Positions 39,096-50,611 of a DNA stretch of 64,000 bases are shown here, in pieces (the first letter of the stretch is position 1; each line of letters starts with the position of its first letter). A model generated the notes under the pieces. The model had not been told where the DNA came from, did no database searches, and saw only the letters and a list, made by a program, of their open reading frames with translations. The stretch comes from Limnochordia bacterium. GTDB taxonomy: Bacteria > Bacillota > Limnochordia > DUMW01. Location of the stretch: the NCBI GenBank assembly GCA_023230925.1, contig JALNWK010000005.1, forward strand, positions 13,111 to 77,110, in the 5' to 3' direction. The position numbers and the translations under genes were made by a program.

Positions 39096-39432
39096 GTGAT
39101 AGTACCCTCCCTCATAAGCATGTACGACTTGATTACGTAGAAATCTCCCTATGTATGTCAATGCAGCCATAGGGTGCAGGTTAATTCTGATCTATACTTG
39201 ACAGCCCGGCCGGTAGTTGCCCGGCGACTAACAAGAGCACCCCCCCTTTCGGCAATATACCTGCCGGACGCTAGAATAGAGGTAGCATGGATACAACATC
39301 CGACACTTCAATATCACATTCGCTAGTAACCTGCAAAATCCTTCTTGAAAATCAACATATCTTCCAGATAGTTGTGTCCATCGCCGTTGTGTTGGATAAT
39401 GTAGCAAATCTTATCAAAACCATGGAGACCCA

Positions 39433-40092
39433 CTAATCTACTTGCAATCGATCGAGTTGATTACGGGGCCCAATCACAATTAGCACATCCCCTTCCATTA
39501 ACATATCTGTTGCTCCAGGCGAAATGTTTAGGCCCTCACCTCTTTTTACAACTAACACGTTGATACCATAGTTCTTCCTTAGATCTATCTCCCCAAGGGT
39601 CTTATTAGCAAATCTTTGGGGCACAATTGTTTCCGCAATGCTATAGTCTGGAGCCACCTCAATGTAGTCGAGCAGATTTACGGAAACCAAGCTATGGGCA
39701 ACTCGGACCCCCATGTCACGTTCAGGGTAGACAACCCGATCGGCTCCCACCTTTTCAAGTACCCTACCGTGTAGTTCATTCTGTGCTTTCGCCCAGACTT
39801 TTTTCACACCCATACTCTTGAGCTGAAGGGTTGTCAGAATACTGGCTTGAACGTCTTGACCAATACTTACAATGGCCACGTCTACGTTCTTTATCCCCAT
39901 TTTCTCCAGGGCCCGTTCATCGGTGGTATCCGCCTGAACCGCTTGAACAACAACATCCGCCACATCTTGAACTCTCTCTGAATCCTTATCTACAGCAACA
40001 ACTTCATACCCTATTTCACTCAGTTCCCGGGCCACACTGCTTCCAAATCGGCCAAGACCGAGTACGGCAAAGATTCTCCATCTCACCCTCAA
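39433..40092 (-). CDS. ktrA: K+ uptake system NAD-binding regulatory subunit (TrkA/KtrA)
   Basis: VLGLGRFGSSVA Rossmann motif of the TrkA-N domain, followed by a TrkA-C domain. Confidence 0.85.
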   Translation of the reverse strand: MRVRWRIFAVLGLGRFGSSVARELSEIGYEVVAVDKDSERVQDVADVVVQAVQADTTDERALEKMGIKNVDVAIVSIGQDVQASILTTLQLKSMGVKKVWAKAQNELHGRVLEKVGADRVVYPERDMGVRVAHSLVSVNLLDYIEVAPDYSIAETIVPQRFANKTLGEIDLRKNYGINVLVVKRGEGLNISPGATDMLMEGDVLIVIGPRNQLDRLQVD

Positions 40093-40108
40093 ATACCCCC
40101 ATCCAAAA

Positions 40109-41467
40109 CTAGCCTACAACAACAGGTCCCTCGGGATACCGAACCCCATCCCCTTCAGGAGCCACAAGTCTTCGTCCAAGAGCAAGAGCCAAGGTAACTG
40201 GCCCAATTCTTCCTGCAAACATGACCATCATGATCAGGAGCTTGCCTAGACCAGACAATACTGGTGTAATACCAGTAGATAAACCAACCGTACCGAAGGC
40301 AGAAACGACTTCAAACAAGACGGGCAGGATGGGCAGGTCTTCAATAGCTAAGAGCACCATAGTTACAGTGACTATTAGGGCTAAGGCCAATACCATGATG
40401 CTTAGAGACCTCCGGACGGTCCTCTCTGAGATTCGACGATAGAACAACACATTATCATTCTGTCCTTTAATGGAGTTCCCAACGGCAACCATAATACAAG
40501 CGAAGGTTGTCGTCTTGATACCACCACCGGTGGACCCAGGTGATGCCCCGATAAACATCAGTAGTAATATAAAAAACAAGGTGACTGGACGCATTTGCCC
40601 TACGGGTACCGTATTGAACCCGGCAGTACGTGGGGTCACGGCCTGAAAAAATGCGGCTGTAACCTTTGCCCCAGGATCCAATGGCCCTAGTGTCATCGGA
40701 TTATGGTACTCGGCGACCAGAACAAAAATAAAGGCCCCGGCAATAAGAACTAGCGTACTAACTAGAACTATCTTTGAATGCAAGGATAGCATGCGAAACC
40801 TACGCTTAACAGTGGCCTCTCTTAGCACAAAAAAACCTAGTCCCCCGGCAATAATCAAAAATGAGATCACGAGATTGACAACAACGTCACCCACAAATCC
40901 TTCAAGGCTTGTTCCGAAAAGATCAAACCCTGCATTGTTAAAGGCAGATATTGCGTGGAACACCGCGAAGAAAAAGGCACGACCTGCTGGCATGTCCCCG
41001 ACCCAATGAAGAAAGAGAATCACAGCACCAATGCCTTCAAATATCAGCGCGATCTCGATGATCAGTCGCGCCATTCTGACTACGCCTGAAACAGATATGT
41101 TATTCAGATCCTCTTGAATCAGCTGTCTTTGACGAATACCAATTCTTTTGCCAAGGAGCAAGGCAAACAACGTGGACATGGTCATAATCCCAAGTCCCCC
41201 GATTTGAACTAGAATCATTATGATCGTTTGACCAAACCGGGAAAATCCAGTGGCAGTATTTAGTACACTCAAGCCCGTAACACAGGTGGCCGAAGTGGCC
41301 GTAAAAGCTGCATCAAGAACGGATAACTCGACACCCGGGCGAGTTGCTATAGGCAGTTTCAGTAGTAGTGTGCCTACTACAATTACGGAGAAATATCCAA
41401 GACCTAATACCTGAGCTGGTGTTAGTCTTTCAATGGAAAAAACCCAATGTCTTTTTCTATGCATCAT
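40109..41467 (-). CDS. ktrB: K+ transporter membrane subunit (TrkH/KtrB family)
   Basis: 452-aa polytopic protein with repeated pore-loop GLG/GGG motifs. Confidence 0.8.
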   Translation of the reverse strand: MMHRKRHWVFSIERLTPAQVLGLGYFSVIVVGTLLLKLPIATRPGVELSVLDAAFTATSATCVTGLSVLNTATGFSRFGQTIIMILVQIGGLGIMTMSTLFALLLGKRIGIRQRQLIQEDLNNISVSGVVRMARLIIEIALIFEGIGAVILFLHWVGDMPAGRAFFFAVFHAISAFNNAGFDLFGTSLEGFVGDVVVNLVISFLIIAGGLGFFVLREATVKRRFRMLSLHSKIVLVSTLVLIAGAFIFVLVAEYHNPMTLGPLDPGAKVTAAFFQAVTPRTAGFNTVPVGQMRPVTLFFILLLMFIGASPGSTGGGIKTTTFACIMVAVGNSIKGQNDNVLFYRRISERTVRRSLSIMVLALALIVTVTMVLLAIEDLPILPVLFEVVSAFGTVGLSTGITPVLSGLGKLLIMMVMFAGRIGPVTLALALGRRLVAPEGDGVRYPEGPVVVG

Positions 41468-42777
41468 TCGTTTCCTTTAGTCTCGGCTACCACAAGCTCG
41501 ATTTGGAGCTTACCTGTATTCCACGTATCATGTTGGGCAACAGCATTTACGATAAGGGTTCCTTCACTATCCCGCACCGCAGCTATTGCTTTGAAAAACT
41601 CCTCACCGCTTGTTTGCCCAACTCGTCCTTCGGTATCGGTGACCATACCCTTTGCAATGGCCAACTCATTAACTTGCCGTAGCAAGGACAAAATAACGTC
41701 CTCTATATTTTGGGTATCACCGCCGAGAACCTCCACACTGGCCAGCACTTCCCCTTTTTGGAACACCTTCTGCCTGGGTTTGATATCAAACCAAACAACT
41801 ACCCCTTCTCCTAATACAGTGTTTCCGTGGGCCACCGCCCGGACAACGTATTGGCCGCTTTCCTCTCCGAGAACACGCACCACTTGATCAAAGTGTTCTT
41901 CTGAATATAGCATAATCGCGTAGTTATCCTTGCCTTCAATTCGTGCCCCTCGACCGAGGGCTACTTGGTTGGCACGTAACAAAAACTGCACTAGATCCAA
42001 TTGTGCGGCGTCTTGTCCTTTTCCGCCCTCCATCACTTGAGCAAAGACTATCTCGTTTGCTTTGAATGCAAGATGTCCGTACCTCATCTGTTCGTTAAAT
42101 CGTTGATATGCCTCATCAAGCTTTTGATATTGTTCCAAAAGATTGACAATCTTAGTCTCAAGCAAGGTCTCCCGTTCCTGAAGCTCCCTAACCTTTGCTT
42201 GGATCATCTCACTTGCATCCTTAAGGTTCTCCACTCTTTCCTTCTCAAACTCCAGATCCTTCTCTGTAGTGGCAAGATCCTGTTTTGCCTGTAAATAAGC
42301 GCCTTGGATATCCTGAAGCTGCTGAATCACTATAGCCCTCTCTTGACGCGCTTCTTCTAGTTCCCGCATAGCTTCATTGCGCTGTTCCTCCATGAATGAT
42401 AATTCTTGTGCCTTCACTGTCACCTCAGACCGCAACGATTCCACCCTTAGTTGCTGTTCAGCGAGAAGGTCTTCGGCGTCTTCCAATAGTCTCTGGCTTT
42501 CCTCATAGCGACTCTCGCTTGTAGCTAGGGCCTGTTTTACTTCTTTCATGTGGAAAAGAGCTGTTCTGACATCCTCGGAGACTATCGACATTACCGTTAC
42601 ACTTGCCGCTGCAATGACCACACCGGTAAGAACAGTAATTATCATAGAGGTATATCTGGGTCGCATACCTAGAAGGGTTAGTCGTTTTTTACCAATCTTC
42701 ATCCCAATCCGATCCCCAATAAAGGCAATAACTCCACCGGTAATGATCAGTAATACAACTAACACAAAACCGCCCAC
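41464..42777 (-). CDS. Membrane-anchored coiled-coil protein (DUF3084-like)
   Basis: N-terminal TM helices followed by about 200 aa of coiled coil and a C-terminal globular domain. The family assignment is from memory. Confidence 0.5.
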   Translation of the reverse strand: MGGFVLVVLLIITGGVIAFIGDRIGMKIGKKRLTLLGMRPRYTSMIITVLTGVVIAAASVTVMSIVSEDVRTALFHMKEVKQALATSESRYEESQRLLEDAEDLLAEQQLRVESLRSEVTVKAQELSFMEEQRNEAMRELEEARQERAIVIQQLQDIQGAYLQAKQDLATTEKDLEFEKERVENLKDASEMIQAKVRELQERETLLETKIVNLLEQYQKLDEAYQRFNEQMRYGHLAFKANEIVFAQVMEGGKGQDAAQLDLVQFLLRANQVALGRGARIEGKDNYAIMLYSEEHFDQVVRVLGEESGQYVVRAVAHGNTVLGEGVVVWFDIKPRQKVFQKGEVLASVEVLGGDTQNIEDVILSLLRQVNELAIAKGMVTDTEGRVGQTSGEEFFKAIAAVRDSEGTLIVNAVAQHDTWNTGKLQIELVVAETKGNE

Positions 42778-42807
42778 GGTCCGACCCTCCGTATCTATCC
42801 GATCACA

Positions 42808-43896
42808 TTACTTTTTTGCCCTAATTAGCAGTATAACAGCTGCAATTCCCACAAATAAGTTGGGTAGCCACGCACCGAGAAACGGCGCCAAGGCCCCACT
42901 CTCTCCTAGAGCCAGTCCAAAGGTCATCACAATATAGTAGACTAAAATAATTGCCATACTCATGCCAAAACCCACTGATGACGCTGAACGATGAGACTGA
43001 ATACCAAGTGGTGCTCCGACAAGAGAAAACATTAATGTGGCGGCTGGAGTTGCAAATCGGGCATGCAATTGGGTGAGTAATTTGGGATCAACATAACCTT
43101 GCCCACGTAAAATATCGATATGATCCTTTAGTTCCTTAGCGGTCATTTCATCGGGATGTTTCTGGTTCCTGGCAATATCCGTCGGTCGAAACGCGATATC
43201 CGCTGGCTGCCGTCCCTGACCAAACTGCATGGAAGCAAGTCCATCATCGGCATCATGATAGTACACTACAGCATCACTCATATACCATTGTTCAGAGTCC
43301 CATATCACCGATGTAGCATAAGTGGTACGCTGGGGCTTACCATTAGATAAATCCATCATGGTCACATCTCGCATGACCTTCTCTTGCCCATCGAATTCCG
43401 CCGCATAAAGAAACCAAGTCATTCGTTGCCTATCGTACCTCTTCAGAATAACATTTCTTTGGACCATTGACAAGTTTGTCCCTTTGACCTCCTCAGCTAT
43501 GATCCTGGAGGACTCAAGGTTGGCTGCGGGTAGAACATATGCATTAACTCCCAGGGCAAGGATGGTACCAACAATCCCTGCCACAATGGCAGGTCGGGTA
43601 ATCTGATAAAAGCTAATTCCCGCGGCACGCATCGCCACGACTTCACTAGCGGCGGACAGCTGGCTTAAGGATAGCAAAACACCTAGTAATACAGCCATGG
43701 GTAAGACCCAAACAATGATCTGGGGTAATCCCAGCAACAACAGACGTCCAGCAGTATTCCACGAAGCCCCATATTCCGTAACATAGCGGATCACCTTCAT
43801 GATGTCACTGCCAATAAAGATACTGCTAAAAACACCAATCCCAAACAGAATAGGAGGGACCAACAGTCTTATTAAATACCGATCCAATAGTTTCAT
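42808..43896 (-). CDS. lptG: LPS export ABC permease, LptF/LptG (YjgP/YjgQ) family
   Basis: [10 protein letters not shown]...[18 protein letters not shown]-terminal signature of LptF/G, 362 aa. Confidence 0.8.
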   Translation of the reverse strand: MKLLDRYLIRLLVPPILFGIGVFSSIFIGSDIMKVIRYVTEYGASWNTAGRLLLLGLPQIIVWVLPMAVLLGVLLSLSQLSAASEVVAMRAAGISFYQITRPAIVAGIVGTILALGVNAYVLPAANLESSRIIAEEVKGTNLSMVQRNVILKRYDRQRMTWFLYAAEFDGQEKVMRDVTMMDLSNGKPQRTTYATSVIWDSEQWYMSDAVVYYHDADDGLASMQFGQGRQPADIAFRPTDIARNQKHPDEMTAKELKDHIDILRGQGYVDPKLLTQLHARFATPAATLMFSLVGAPLGIQSHRSASSVGFGMSMAIILVYYIVMTFGLALGESGALAPFLGAWLPNLFVGIAAVILLIRAKK

Positions 43897-44609
43897 AGAC
43901 TAAACCGATCCCCCAAGTAGAACTTTCTGGCCACGGGATCCAATGCAATCTCCGAAGACGGTCCTTCAACCAGAACCTTTCCCTGATGCATAATATAGGC
44001 GCGATCAGTTATACTGAGGGTCTCACGCACATTATGATCTGTAATCAAAAGGCCCAGTCCCTTATCCTTGAGCATAGCAATAATGCCTTGAATATCCGCA
44101 ACGGCAATGGGATCCACCCCTGAAAACGGCTCATCCAGTAACATGTATCGAGGCCGTGCCGCTAGAGCTCTAGCAATCTCGACCCTTCGCCTTTCCCCTC
44201 CGGAAAGAACATATCCTCTTTGCTTGCGTATAGCAGCAATATCAAACTCATCGAGTAGCTCCTCAAGTCGATCAGTTCGCTGCTTTGGTGTCAGATCCAG
44301 CAGCTCCAGAACAGCCACAATGTTGTCCTCGACACTGAGCTTGCGAAATATGGAAGCTTCTTGGGCTAGATATCCGATGCCAAACCGTGCCCGTTTATAC
44401 ATTGGCCAGCTGGTCACATCGGTTCCATCAACGGATATTCTCCCGGCAGAAGGTCTTTCTAAACCAACAATCATGTAAAAGGTCGTGGTTTTACCGGCAC
44501 CGTTAGGTCCTAACAACCCGACAATTTCACCGGGTTCCACTTGAAGACTGACTTCATTGACAACTTTTCGCCTACCATAGCACTTGATCACCTGTTCTAC
44601 AACAATCGC
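43893..44609 (-). CDS. lptB: LPS export ABC transporter ATP-binding protein
   Basis: Start trimmed to MAIVVEQ. Walker [10 protein letters not shown] and signature [19 protein letters not shown] overlap with the lptFG-family gene. Confidence 0.85.
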   Translation of the reverse strand, partial: AIVVEQVIKCYGRRKVVNEVSLQVEPGEIVGLLGPNGAGKTTTFYMIVGLERPSAGRISVDGTDVTSWPMYKRARFGIGYLAQEASIFRKLSVEDNIVAVLELLDLTPKQRTDRLEELLDEFDIAAIRKQRGYVLSGGERRRVEIARALAARPRYMLLDEPFSGVDPIAVADIQGIIAMLKDKGLGLLITDHNVRETLSITDRAYIMHQGKVLVEGPSSEIALDPVARKFYLGDRFSL

Positions 44610-44740
44610 CATATTGCCATGCTCCCCGCAGCATTCCTGTCCATGATGATATGCTTTTATTATAGCATCACTCCCGTTAACGGCAAAGGGCCCCGCCGAA
44701 TCAGGAGGGGCCCTTCTTCTCAAGTCTATGAAGCAACTCA

Positions 44741-47700
44741 CTACTTGCTGCTAATCGGAGTACCTGTTACCAAACTCATGAACGCCGTCATCAAGGCTTC
44801 GCTAGCCCTATTCCAATCAGGGATCTCATAATCTGCAACTTGCCCGATTGCACTAGGAAGTATTTCCGTACTTAGGCTTTCCCACAATTGCCGTGCTTCA
44901 GCCGCAACCTGATTAACATCATGGCGCTCCTCTAAGGACCGTTGAATAGTGAGTAATGTCCCCAAGGGATCCTGCAGCAGTGTCTCGAGGAAAACCTGCT
45001 CATTCTCATCAAGCGCATTCCAACTCCAGTCCCGACGGTCCACATCGAATCTCCAGTCTAACCCCGCTAGGGTTTCATCGAAGGCTGCCGCTACGGTGGT
45101 CATGTTTAGTGCCTCGGCTCTGGCACGGAAATCAACCATGGCGATATCTACAACTTCGGGCATCCGCTTGATTTCCTCCTTTACCCCAATCAGATGCCTT
45201 GCAGCTCCGATTAGCAAAGCGGCTTGCTCTACATCCAACGTTCTGACCTGGTTAGATGCCTCAATCAAGATACTATTTGCTGTGGCATAGCCAACATTCT
45301 GACCTCGATCGGATATGGTCTTTAGGGCAGCTGAGGTGGTGTTCATGATCGTCTGCAACCGACCACCAAGTGAAGTCTCACCTACCCAAAGCGTCTCAAA
45401 TACAAACGTATTGATTGCCTCGGCCGTTTCAGGAAAACCATCGGATGTGGCAACTGCTGCTAGTTCCTCATATAGTATGAACTGTGTTTCCCTTAATAGA
45501 GGAATCACATTGGCCGCATTAAGCTGTTGGCTACACAGTTGCTCTATACAACGATTAAAGACACCTCGAGCGTCCTCTTCCGTAATGCCCACTTCACTCA
45601 ACCGCGCAAACAGGTTCGGCTCCAACTCGCTATAGGTCGTCTTTACCTCGCTAATTGTACTGTTCAATCCGGTATTCAGTGCTGTGTAAACTTCATCAAC
45701 CAGTTGCTCAGTTAGATTCAGGTCAGGATAGGCGATGAGCGCATCAGATAAAGTCATGAAGCAGTCCGCCATATAGCTTTGGATTTGTGCTTCAGTGTAG
45801 CCAGACCCAAAAGCACAGCTTAGCCCATCACCCAATACAAGTATAGCCGCTTCTACATCACCAACCAAAACCTTCGTGGTTGCCAATACTCTGTAGTTAT
45901 CCACCGTCGGGAACTCAGTCACCAACTGTTCAGCATATTCCAAAGCAGAATTGAAGTCTTGAGTCTCCTCCAAGCAGATCCTAATGATCAAGTGCAAATC
46001 AGCTTCTTCTAATACGGCACCGGGCCAGTGAATCGCCTTATCCAAGGAGGCAATCGCCTCTTCAAACTTGTCGAGGTTATACTTAGCTACACCCATCATT
46101 GAGTGCATACGAGCAGTCTGATCGCTGTCGCTAAGTAGCCCTAGGGCTTGCTCCAAATCTGCCTCCGCTAAAGCCCACTCTGTCGAACTCACTTCCATTT
46201 CCGCACGACGTACATACGCCCACCCAAGGTCCACAGCATAACTAGCATCTAACCCATGGGCACTGGTTAGATAAGAGATAACATTATCAATCTCCTCGGC
46301 TCCTTGGGCAAGCATGTAGTAACACAGGGCTTGCTTTTCATTGTACAGAGCGGAGCCTGCGGGATAATCAAGGGCTGCCAGTTGGTACTTCTCGATAGCC
46401 CCTTGGTAATCCTCACTTGTAAATAGAGCCTCTGCCCATGCGGCATAGGCTTGCCCCCGGGCGGTTTTGTTCTCTTCACTATCTACAAGGGTAATGGCAT
46501 CGGTATATGCACCAATCGCTTGCTCATAGAAAGCTCCGTCCAAATACAGAGCACCAAGGGCTAGATATACATCCGCCTTACTTGCGATGTACTCAATCTC
46601 CCCGGTGGGATTTACGTATATGGCCAAGTCAAGCTTTGTTAGGGCTTGCTGCAAGGACTCCAAAGTCCCAAGTTCAACAAGCTCCAAAGCCCACTGGTAA
46701 TAGGCTAATCCATGGGCCTGGTTGTATTCTGTCTTTTGATCTGACTGCACTGCCATGGCAAAGTAGTTAACTGCATCAGCCCAATTCTCTGCTGCCATTT
46801 CCAGATTACCCAGGGCGAAATAGACCGCCGCCTTATTGGCAACATAGCCTGCTTCGCCATCAGGATGAATGGCAATAGCTAAGTTAAGTTTCTCTAAGGC
46901 CAGTTGCAGACTAGCTTCATCCCCTGCTACCGCCAATTGCAGTGCCCAATCACGATAGGTCTCGCCAAACGCTTGACGATTCTCCTCCAGCAATGCGGGC
47001 CAGAGCGCAAAGGCTTGGTTGTAGTAGTCTATAGCTGTTTCGTACTGACCGGCTGACTTGGCTGCAATCGCTTGATTGACTAGATTGCGGGCCTTTTGTT
47101 CATCGCTTGGCCAAAGATCCTCAATGGGTGTGCGAGTTACTAGACTCATAAAGGCTTCCATTAAGGCCGTTGCAGCAGTATTCCACTCTTCTACGGTGAA
47201 GTCCGGAATTTGGCCAATGGCCTCGGGAAGAATCTCGGTACCTACACTGTGCCAAAGGGCCATGGCCGCTGCGGCTGAATCATTTACATCATCATGTTCT
47301 TCCATTGCTCTTTGGATTACTAGTAGGATGCCCACTGGATCCTTCAGAAATGTCTCCAGAAATGCCTGTTCGTTTTCCTCTAGGCTATTCCAGTCCCAAT
47401 CCCGACGGTCTACATCAAACTTCCAATCATTGGCTGCTAAGACTTCATCAAAGGCTGTGGCAATTCCACCAAGCTGTAGCGCCTCAGCCCGCTCTTTGAA
47501 TTCTGCCAAAGCTATTTCAATAGCCCGGGGCATCTTCCGGATCTCATCACGGACGCTAATAATATGCCGTGTCGCTCCAATGAGTAACACTGCTTGCTCC
47601 ATATCCAAGTCGTAACCAACATAATCTGCACAATCCCAAAGGAGGTTCACAGCTACAGCTGAACCCAGAACCTCATTTCGATCAGATATGCCCCGCAAGG

Positions 47701-49483
47701 TTGTTACTGCGGTATCCATAATCGTTTGTAGCCGACCCCCGAGGGAGGCCTCACCAACCCAAAGGGTCTCAAATATGGCTTGGTTCACTGCTTCCGCTGT
47801 TGCTGCGAAATCACCGGTTGCCAAGGCAAGTAGCTCATCATACAGCTGGAATTGGGTCTCCCTTAAAAGAGGAATGATATTTGCCGCATTGAGATCTTGG
47901 CCTAACAAATGATCAATGCAGGTATCAAAAACTGTCCTTACCTGCTCTTCGGTAATCCCAACTACAGCTAGTTCGCTAAGGAAGTCCCCTTCTACCACAT
48001 CATAGGTGCTGACCACTTCCTCAATGCTAGCAGACACTGCATCGTAAAATACACTACCGATTTGCGCCAATAGCTCTTCCTCTAATCCCAAATCTGGATG
48101 AATGAGAAATGCATAGGCAGCAATATCGAAGTAATTACTAATGTAGTACTGAATGTCCTCATCGGTATAGTCTTCGCTAGCCAAGACCAACTTTAGTCCG
48201 TCAAGATAAGTAAATAGCCCTTCCTCAATGTTGCCATTAACCAAGTTTGCACAGGCCAGAATCTGATAACTGAATCCACCCGGGAATAACAGGACTGCTT
48301 GTTCTGCCACCATCAAGGCCGTATCTAGATCCTGTGCAACCTCAACACAGTACAGGAACACACTATAGTAATAATAAACATCAACTTGAACATCAGGGGC
48401 ATTAAGCCAACGCAGCCAGTATTCTACCGCTGTTGAGTAATCCTCTACCCCATTAGCTGTGGCAGCCATCAAGTACCATAGTTCTGAATTCTGTTCCTGT
48501 TCCGGAATCAAGCCAAGGGCAATGTTCATATCATCGTAAGCTGCCTCATATTCTGAAAGGCCGAGGTGTTCTGCCGCCCGCTCTGCATAGGCAAAACCTA
48601 AGTCGGCAGCGTAGCTAGGATCCAATTCATGGGCACTAGTGAGGTAAGAGATGACATCATCAGTCTCCTCGGCTCCTTGGGCAAGCATGTAGTAACACAG
48701 GGCTTGCTTTTCATCGTATAGAGCGGAGCCTGCGGGATAATCAAGAGTCGCAAGTTTGTATTTATCAATGGCACCTAAGTAATCTTCAGTTAGGAAAAGA
48801 GCCTCTGCCCAAGCAGCATAGGCTTGGCCCCGGGCGGTTTTGTTTTCCTCACTATCCACAAGGGTAATGGCATCGGTATATGCACCAATCGCTTGCTCAT
48901 AGAAAGCTCCGTCCAAATACAGAGCACCAAGGGCTAGATATACATCCGCCTTACTTGCTATATACTCAATCTCCCCAGTGGGATTAGCCGATATGGCCAG
49001 ATCAAGCTTCGTCAGGGCTTGCTGCAGGGACTCCAAAGTCCCAAGGTCCACAAGCTCCAAAGCCCACTGGTAGTAAGCTGATCCATGGGCCGCATCATAT
49101 TCCGTCCTTTGGTCCAGCTCAACTGCCAAGGCAAAGTAGTCAACCGCATCAGCCCAATTCTCTGCTGCCATTTTCAGATTACCCAGGGCGAGATACACCG
49201 CCGCCTTATTGACCACATATCCGGATTCGCCAGCGGGATGAATGTCTATGGCTAAGTCAAGCTTTTCTAAGGCCAGTTGCAGATTAACGTCTTCGCCAGT
49301 TGCAGCTAATTGAATCGCCCATTCAAAATAGACTTCGCCTACTGCGGCCCGATTCACCTCTAACAGGCTCTGTTCTAGATCAAAAGCCTGTTGGTACAGA
49401 CTCAGAGCTTCAGCATACTGTCCTTTACCCTTGGCCAACCGTGCCGCGGCTAGGAGCTTCTCAGCTTCTGTCGGAGCTGTATC
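44741..49483 (-). repeat. Intragenic tandem duplication, two units of about 2.37 kb each, boundaries approximate
   Basis: Nucleotide blocks at about 46255..46720 and about 48630..49090 are roughly 90% identical, including a stretch of about 100 nt with perfect identity (gggtaatggcatcggtatatgcaccaatcgcttgctcatagaaagctccgtccaaatacagagcaccaagggctagatatacatccgccttacttgc). The offset is about 2370 nt. Confidence 0.85.
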
Positions 49484-50545
49484 CTTTTCCGGCGGTTCAG
49501 GTACCGGTAGCACTAAATCAGCAACTGCATCAATATCTCCACCGGCACCAATGACATCACTTAGCGTATCAAGTGCGGCATTGATCTGGGAGAGAGATTC
49601 ACCATTTCGTACAATGTTGGAAAGAACTGAAGTAGTCCTTGTCATTTCCTGTCCCGACATACCCATATCCGCGGCATCCTGAAAAAGGGCCTGTAAGCGA
49701 CTAAGTAAACCTTCCACTTCTGCTGCACTCACCGATTGTCCGATTGCAGAGGAAAGGGCGGATAGAAGGTTCTCAAGTCCGGTGTCGGATATCCCAAGCT
49801 CCGCTCCATCTACAACAAGACCCGTGATCTGGGCAATCAACCGATGGACTTCATCTGCCGTGTTACACCGGAGGGATGCCTCATACAAAGCCTGGATGGT
49901 ACCTCTTACTACACTTGAACCGCCCATCTGTCCTAGGAAATCCTGTAGATACTCGATAACCTGCAACATATTAGTAGCATCACCTAGGGAAGCCACTATT
50001 TCCATAACGCTTAGCGTATCTTCGAGCGTCTGCTGACTATAATCAAGATCACCCATTTGCGTAAGAAAACCACTCAAGCTGGTGACGACATCACTAAGCT
50101 GATCAGGATCCTGGGTTGTCTTGCCGGTATTACCAAGCACCGCGGATACCTGGATAACGATCGTTGCACTTTGCTTCTGCTTGATCAAGTGAGTCACGAA
50201 TAACTCCACGTCATCGTCCCTGCCGTACTGGCTGGCGATGATCAAGTTCGATGCAACCTGCCCTGCTGTAGTAACAGAATAGCCTTCTTCCAGGACTGCT
50301 GGCACCGTATCCCCAATAATACCTTGGGGTATGACGGGATTTGACACATCAGCCAATGCCGCAGCTAGTGTGTTTGATACACTTTGCCAGAGAGCTAATT
50401 CTCTAAAGTAGTCGAGGTTAAGTGCTTCTACCTCCGACTGCACTTGGACCCATTGGGAATCAGAGAGCCCCTGTGCATTCACAATAGAACATAATAGGGT
50501 AAATAGTAACATAACGATAACGGGAATAGAGCTACGTCTTCTCAA
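44741..50545 (-). CDS. Giant (1934 aa) secreted TPR-like repeat protein composed of a unique N-terminus plus two copies of a roughly 790-aa unit
   Basis: Signal peptide [29 protein letters not shown]-like helical repeats of the form [13 protein letters not shown]. The second half repeats the first with long identical stretches. Confidence 0.85.
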   Translation of the reverse strand: MRRRSSIPVIVMLLFTLLCSIVNAQGLSDSQWVQVQSEVEALNLDYFRELALWQSVSNTLAAALADVSNPVIPQGIIGDTVPAVLEEGYSVTTAGQVASNLIIASQYGRDDDVELFVTHLIKQKQSATIVIQVSAVLGNTGKTTQDPDQLSDVVTSLSGFLTQMGDLDYSQQTLEDTLSVMEIVASLGDATNMLQVIEYLQDFLGQMGGSSVVRGTIQALYEASLRCNTADEVHRLIAQITGLVVDGAELGISDTGLENLLSALSSAIGQSVSAAEVEGLLSRLQALFQDAADMGMSGQEMTRTTSVLSNIVRNGESLSQINAALDTLSDVIGAGGDIDAVADLVLPVPEPPEKDTAPTEAEKLLAAARLAKGKGQYAEALSLYQQAFDLEQSLLEVNRAAVGEVYFEWAIQLAATGEDVNLQLALEKLDLAIDIHPAGESGYVVNKAAVYLALGNLKMAAENWADAVDYFALAVELDQRTEYDAAHGSAYYQWALELVDLGTLESLQQALTKLDLAISANPTGEIEYIASKADVYLALGALYLDGAFYEQAIGAYTDAITLVDSEENKTARGQAYAAWAEALFLTEDYLGAIDKYKLATLDYPAGSALYDEKQALCYYMLAQGAEETDDVISYLTSAHELDPSYAADLGFAYAERAAEHLGLSEYEAAYDDMNIALGLIPEQEQNSELWYLMAATANGVEDYSTAVEYWLRWLNAPDVQVDVYYYYSVFLYCVEVAQDLDTALMVAEQAVLLFPGGFSYQILACANLVNGNIEEGLFTYLDGLKLVLASEDYTDEDIQYYISNYFDIAAYAFLIHPDLGLEEELLAQIGSVFYDAVSASIEEVVSTYDVVEGDFLSELAVVGITEEQVRTVFDTCIDHLLGQDLNAANIIPLLRETQFQLYDELLALATGDFAATAEAVNQAIFETLWVGEASLGGRLQTIMDTAVTTLRGISDRNEVLGSAVAVNLLWDCADYVGYDLDMEQAVLLIGATRHIISVRDEIRKMPRAIEIALAEFKERAEALQLGGIATAFDEVLAANDWKFDVDRRDWDWNSLEENEQAFLETFLKDPVGILLVIQRAMEEHDDVNDSAAAAMALWHSVGTEILPEAIGQIPDFTVEEWNTAATALMEAFMSLVTRTPIEDLWPSDEQKARNLVNQAIAAKSAGQYETAIDYYNQAFALWPALLEENRQAFGETYRDWALQLAVAGDEASLQLALEKLNLAIAIHPDGEAGYVANKAAVYFALGNLEMAAENWADAVNYFAMAVQSDQKTEYNQAHGLAYYQWALELVELGTLESLQQALTKLDLAIYVNPTGEIEYIASKADVYLALGALYLDGAFYEQAIGAYTDAITLVDSEENKTARGQAYAAWAEALFTSEDYQGAIEKYQLAALDYPAGSALYNEKQALCYYMLAQGAEEIDNVISYLTSAHGLDASYAVDLGWAYVRRAEMEVSSTEWALAEADLEQALGLLSDSDQTARMHSMMGVAKYNLDKFEEAIASLDKAIHWPGAVLEEADLHLIIRICLEETQDFNSALEYAEQLVTEFPTVDNYRVLATTKVLVGDVEAAILVLGDGLSCAFGSGYTEAQIQSYMADCFMTLSDALIAYPDLNLTEQLVDEVYTALNTGLNSTISEVKTTYSELEPNLFARLSEVGITEEDARGVFNRCIEQLCSQQLNAANVIPLLRETQFILYEELAAVATSDGFPETAEAINTFVFETLWVGETSLGGRLQTIMNTTSAALKTISDRGQNVGYATANSILIEASNQVRTLDVEQAALLIGAARHLIGVKEEIKRMPEVVDIAMVDFRARAEALNMTTVAAAFDETLAGLDWRFDVDRRDWSWNALDENEQVFLETLLQDPLGTLLTIQRSLEERHDVNQVAAEARQLWESLSTEILPSAIGQVADYEIPDWNRASEALMTAFMSLVTGTPISSK

Positions 50546-50611
50546 TATAAATTCCCTCCTTAGTACTTACACCGTACCTTCCGCTTTACTATAACCTTGA
50601 AAACTCTCCCG

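Noticed and set aside
44610-44741. 44-aa N-terminal extension of the lptB ORF ([13 protein letters not shown]...)
   Set aside because: The conserved LptB N-terminus begins at MAIVVEQ. The extension is unconserved and would overlap the giant TPR gene 3' end.
47076-47615. 179-aa plus-strand ORF, with similar ORFs at 44949..45290 and 49431..49682
   Set aside because: They are antisense to the giant TPR gene and repeat with the same 2.37 kb period because the sense gene is duplicated. They are shadow ORFs.
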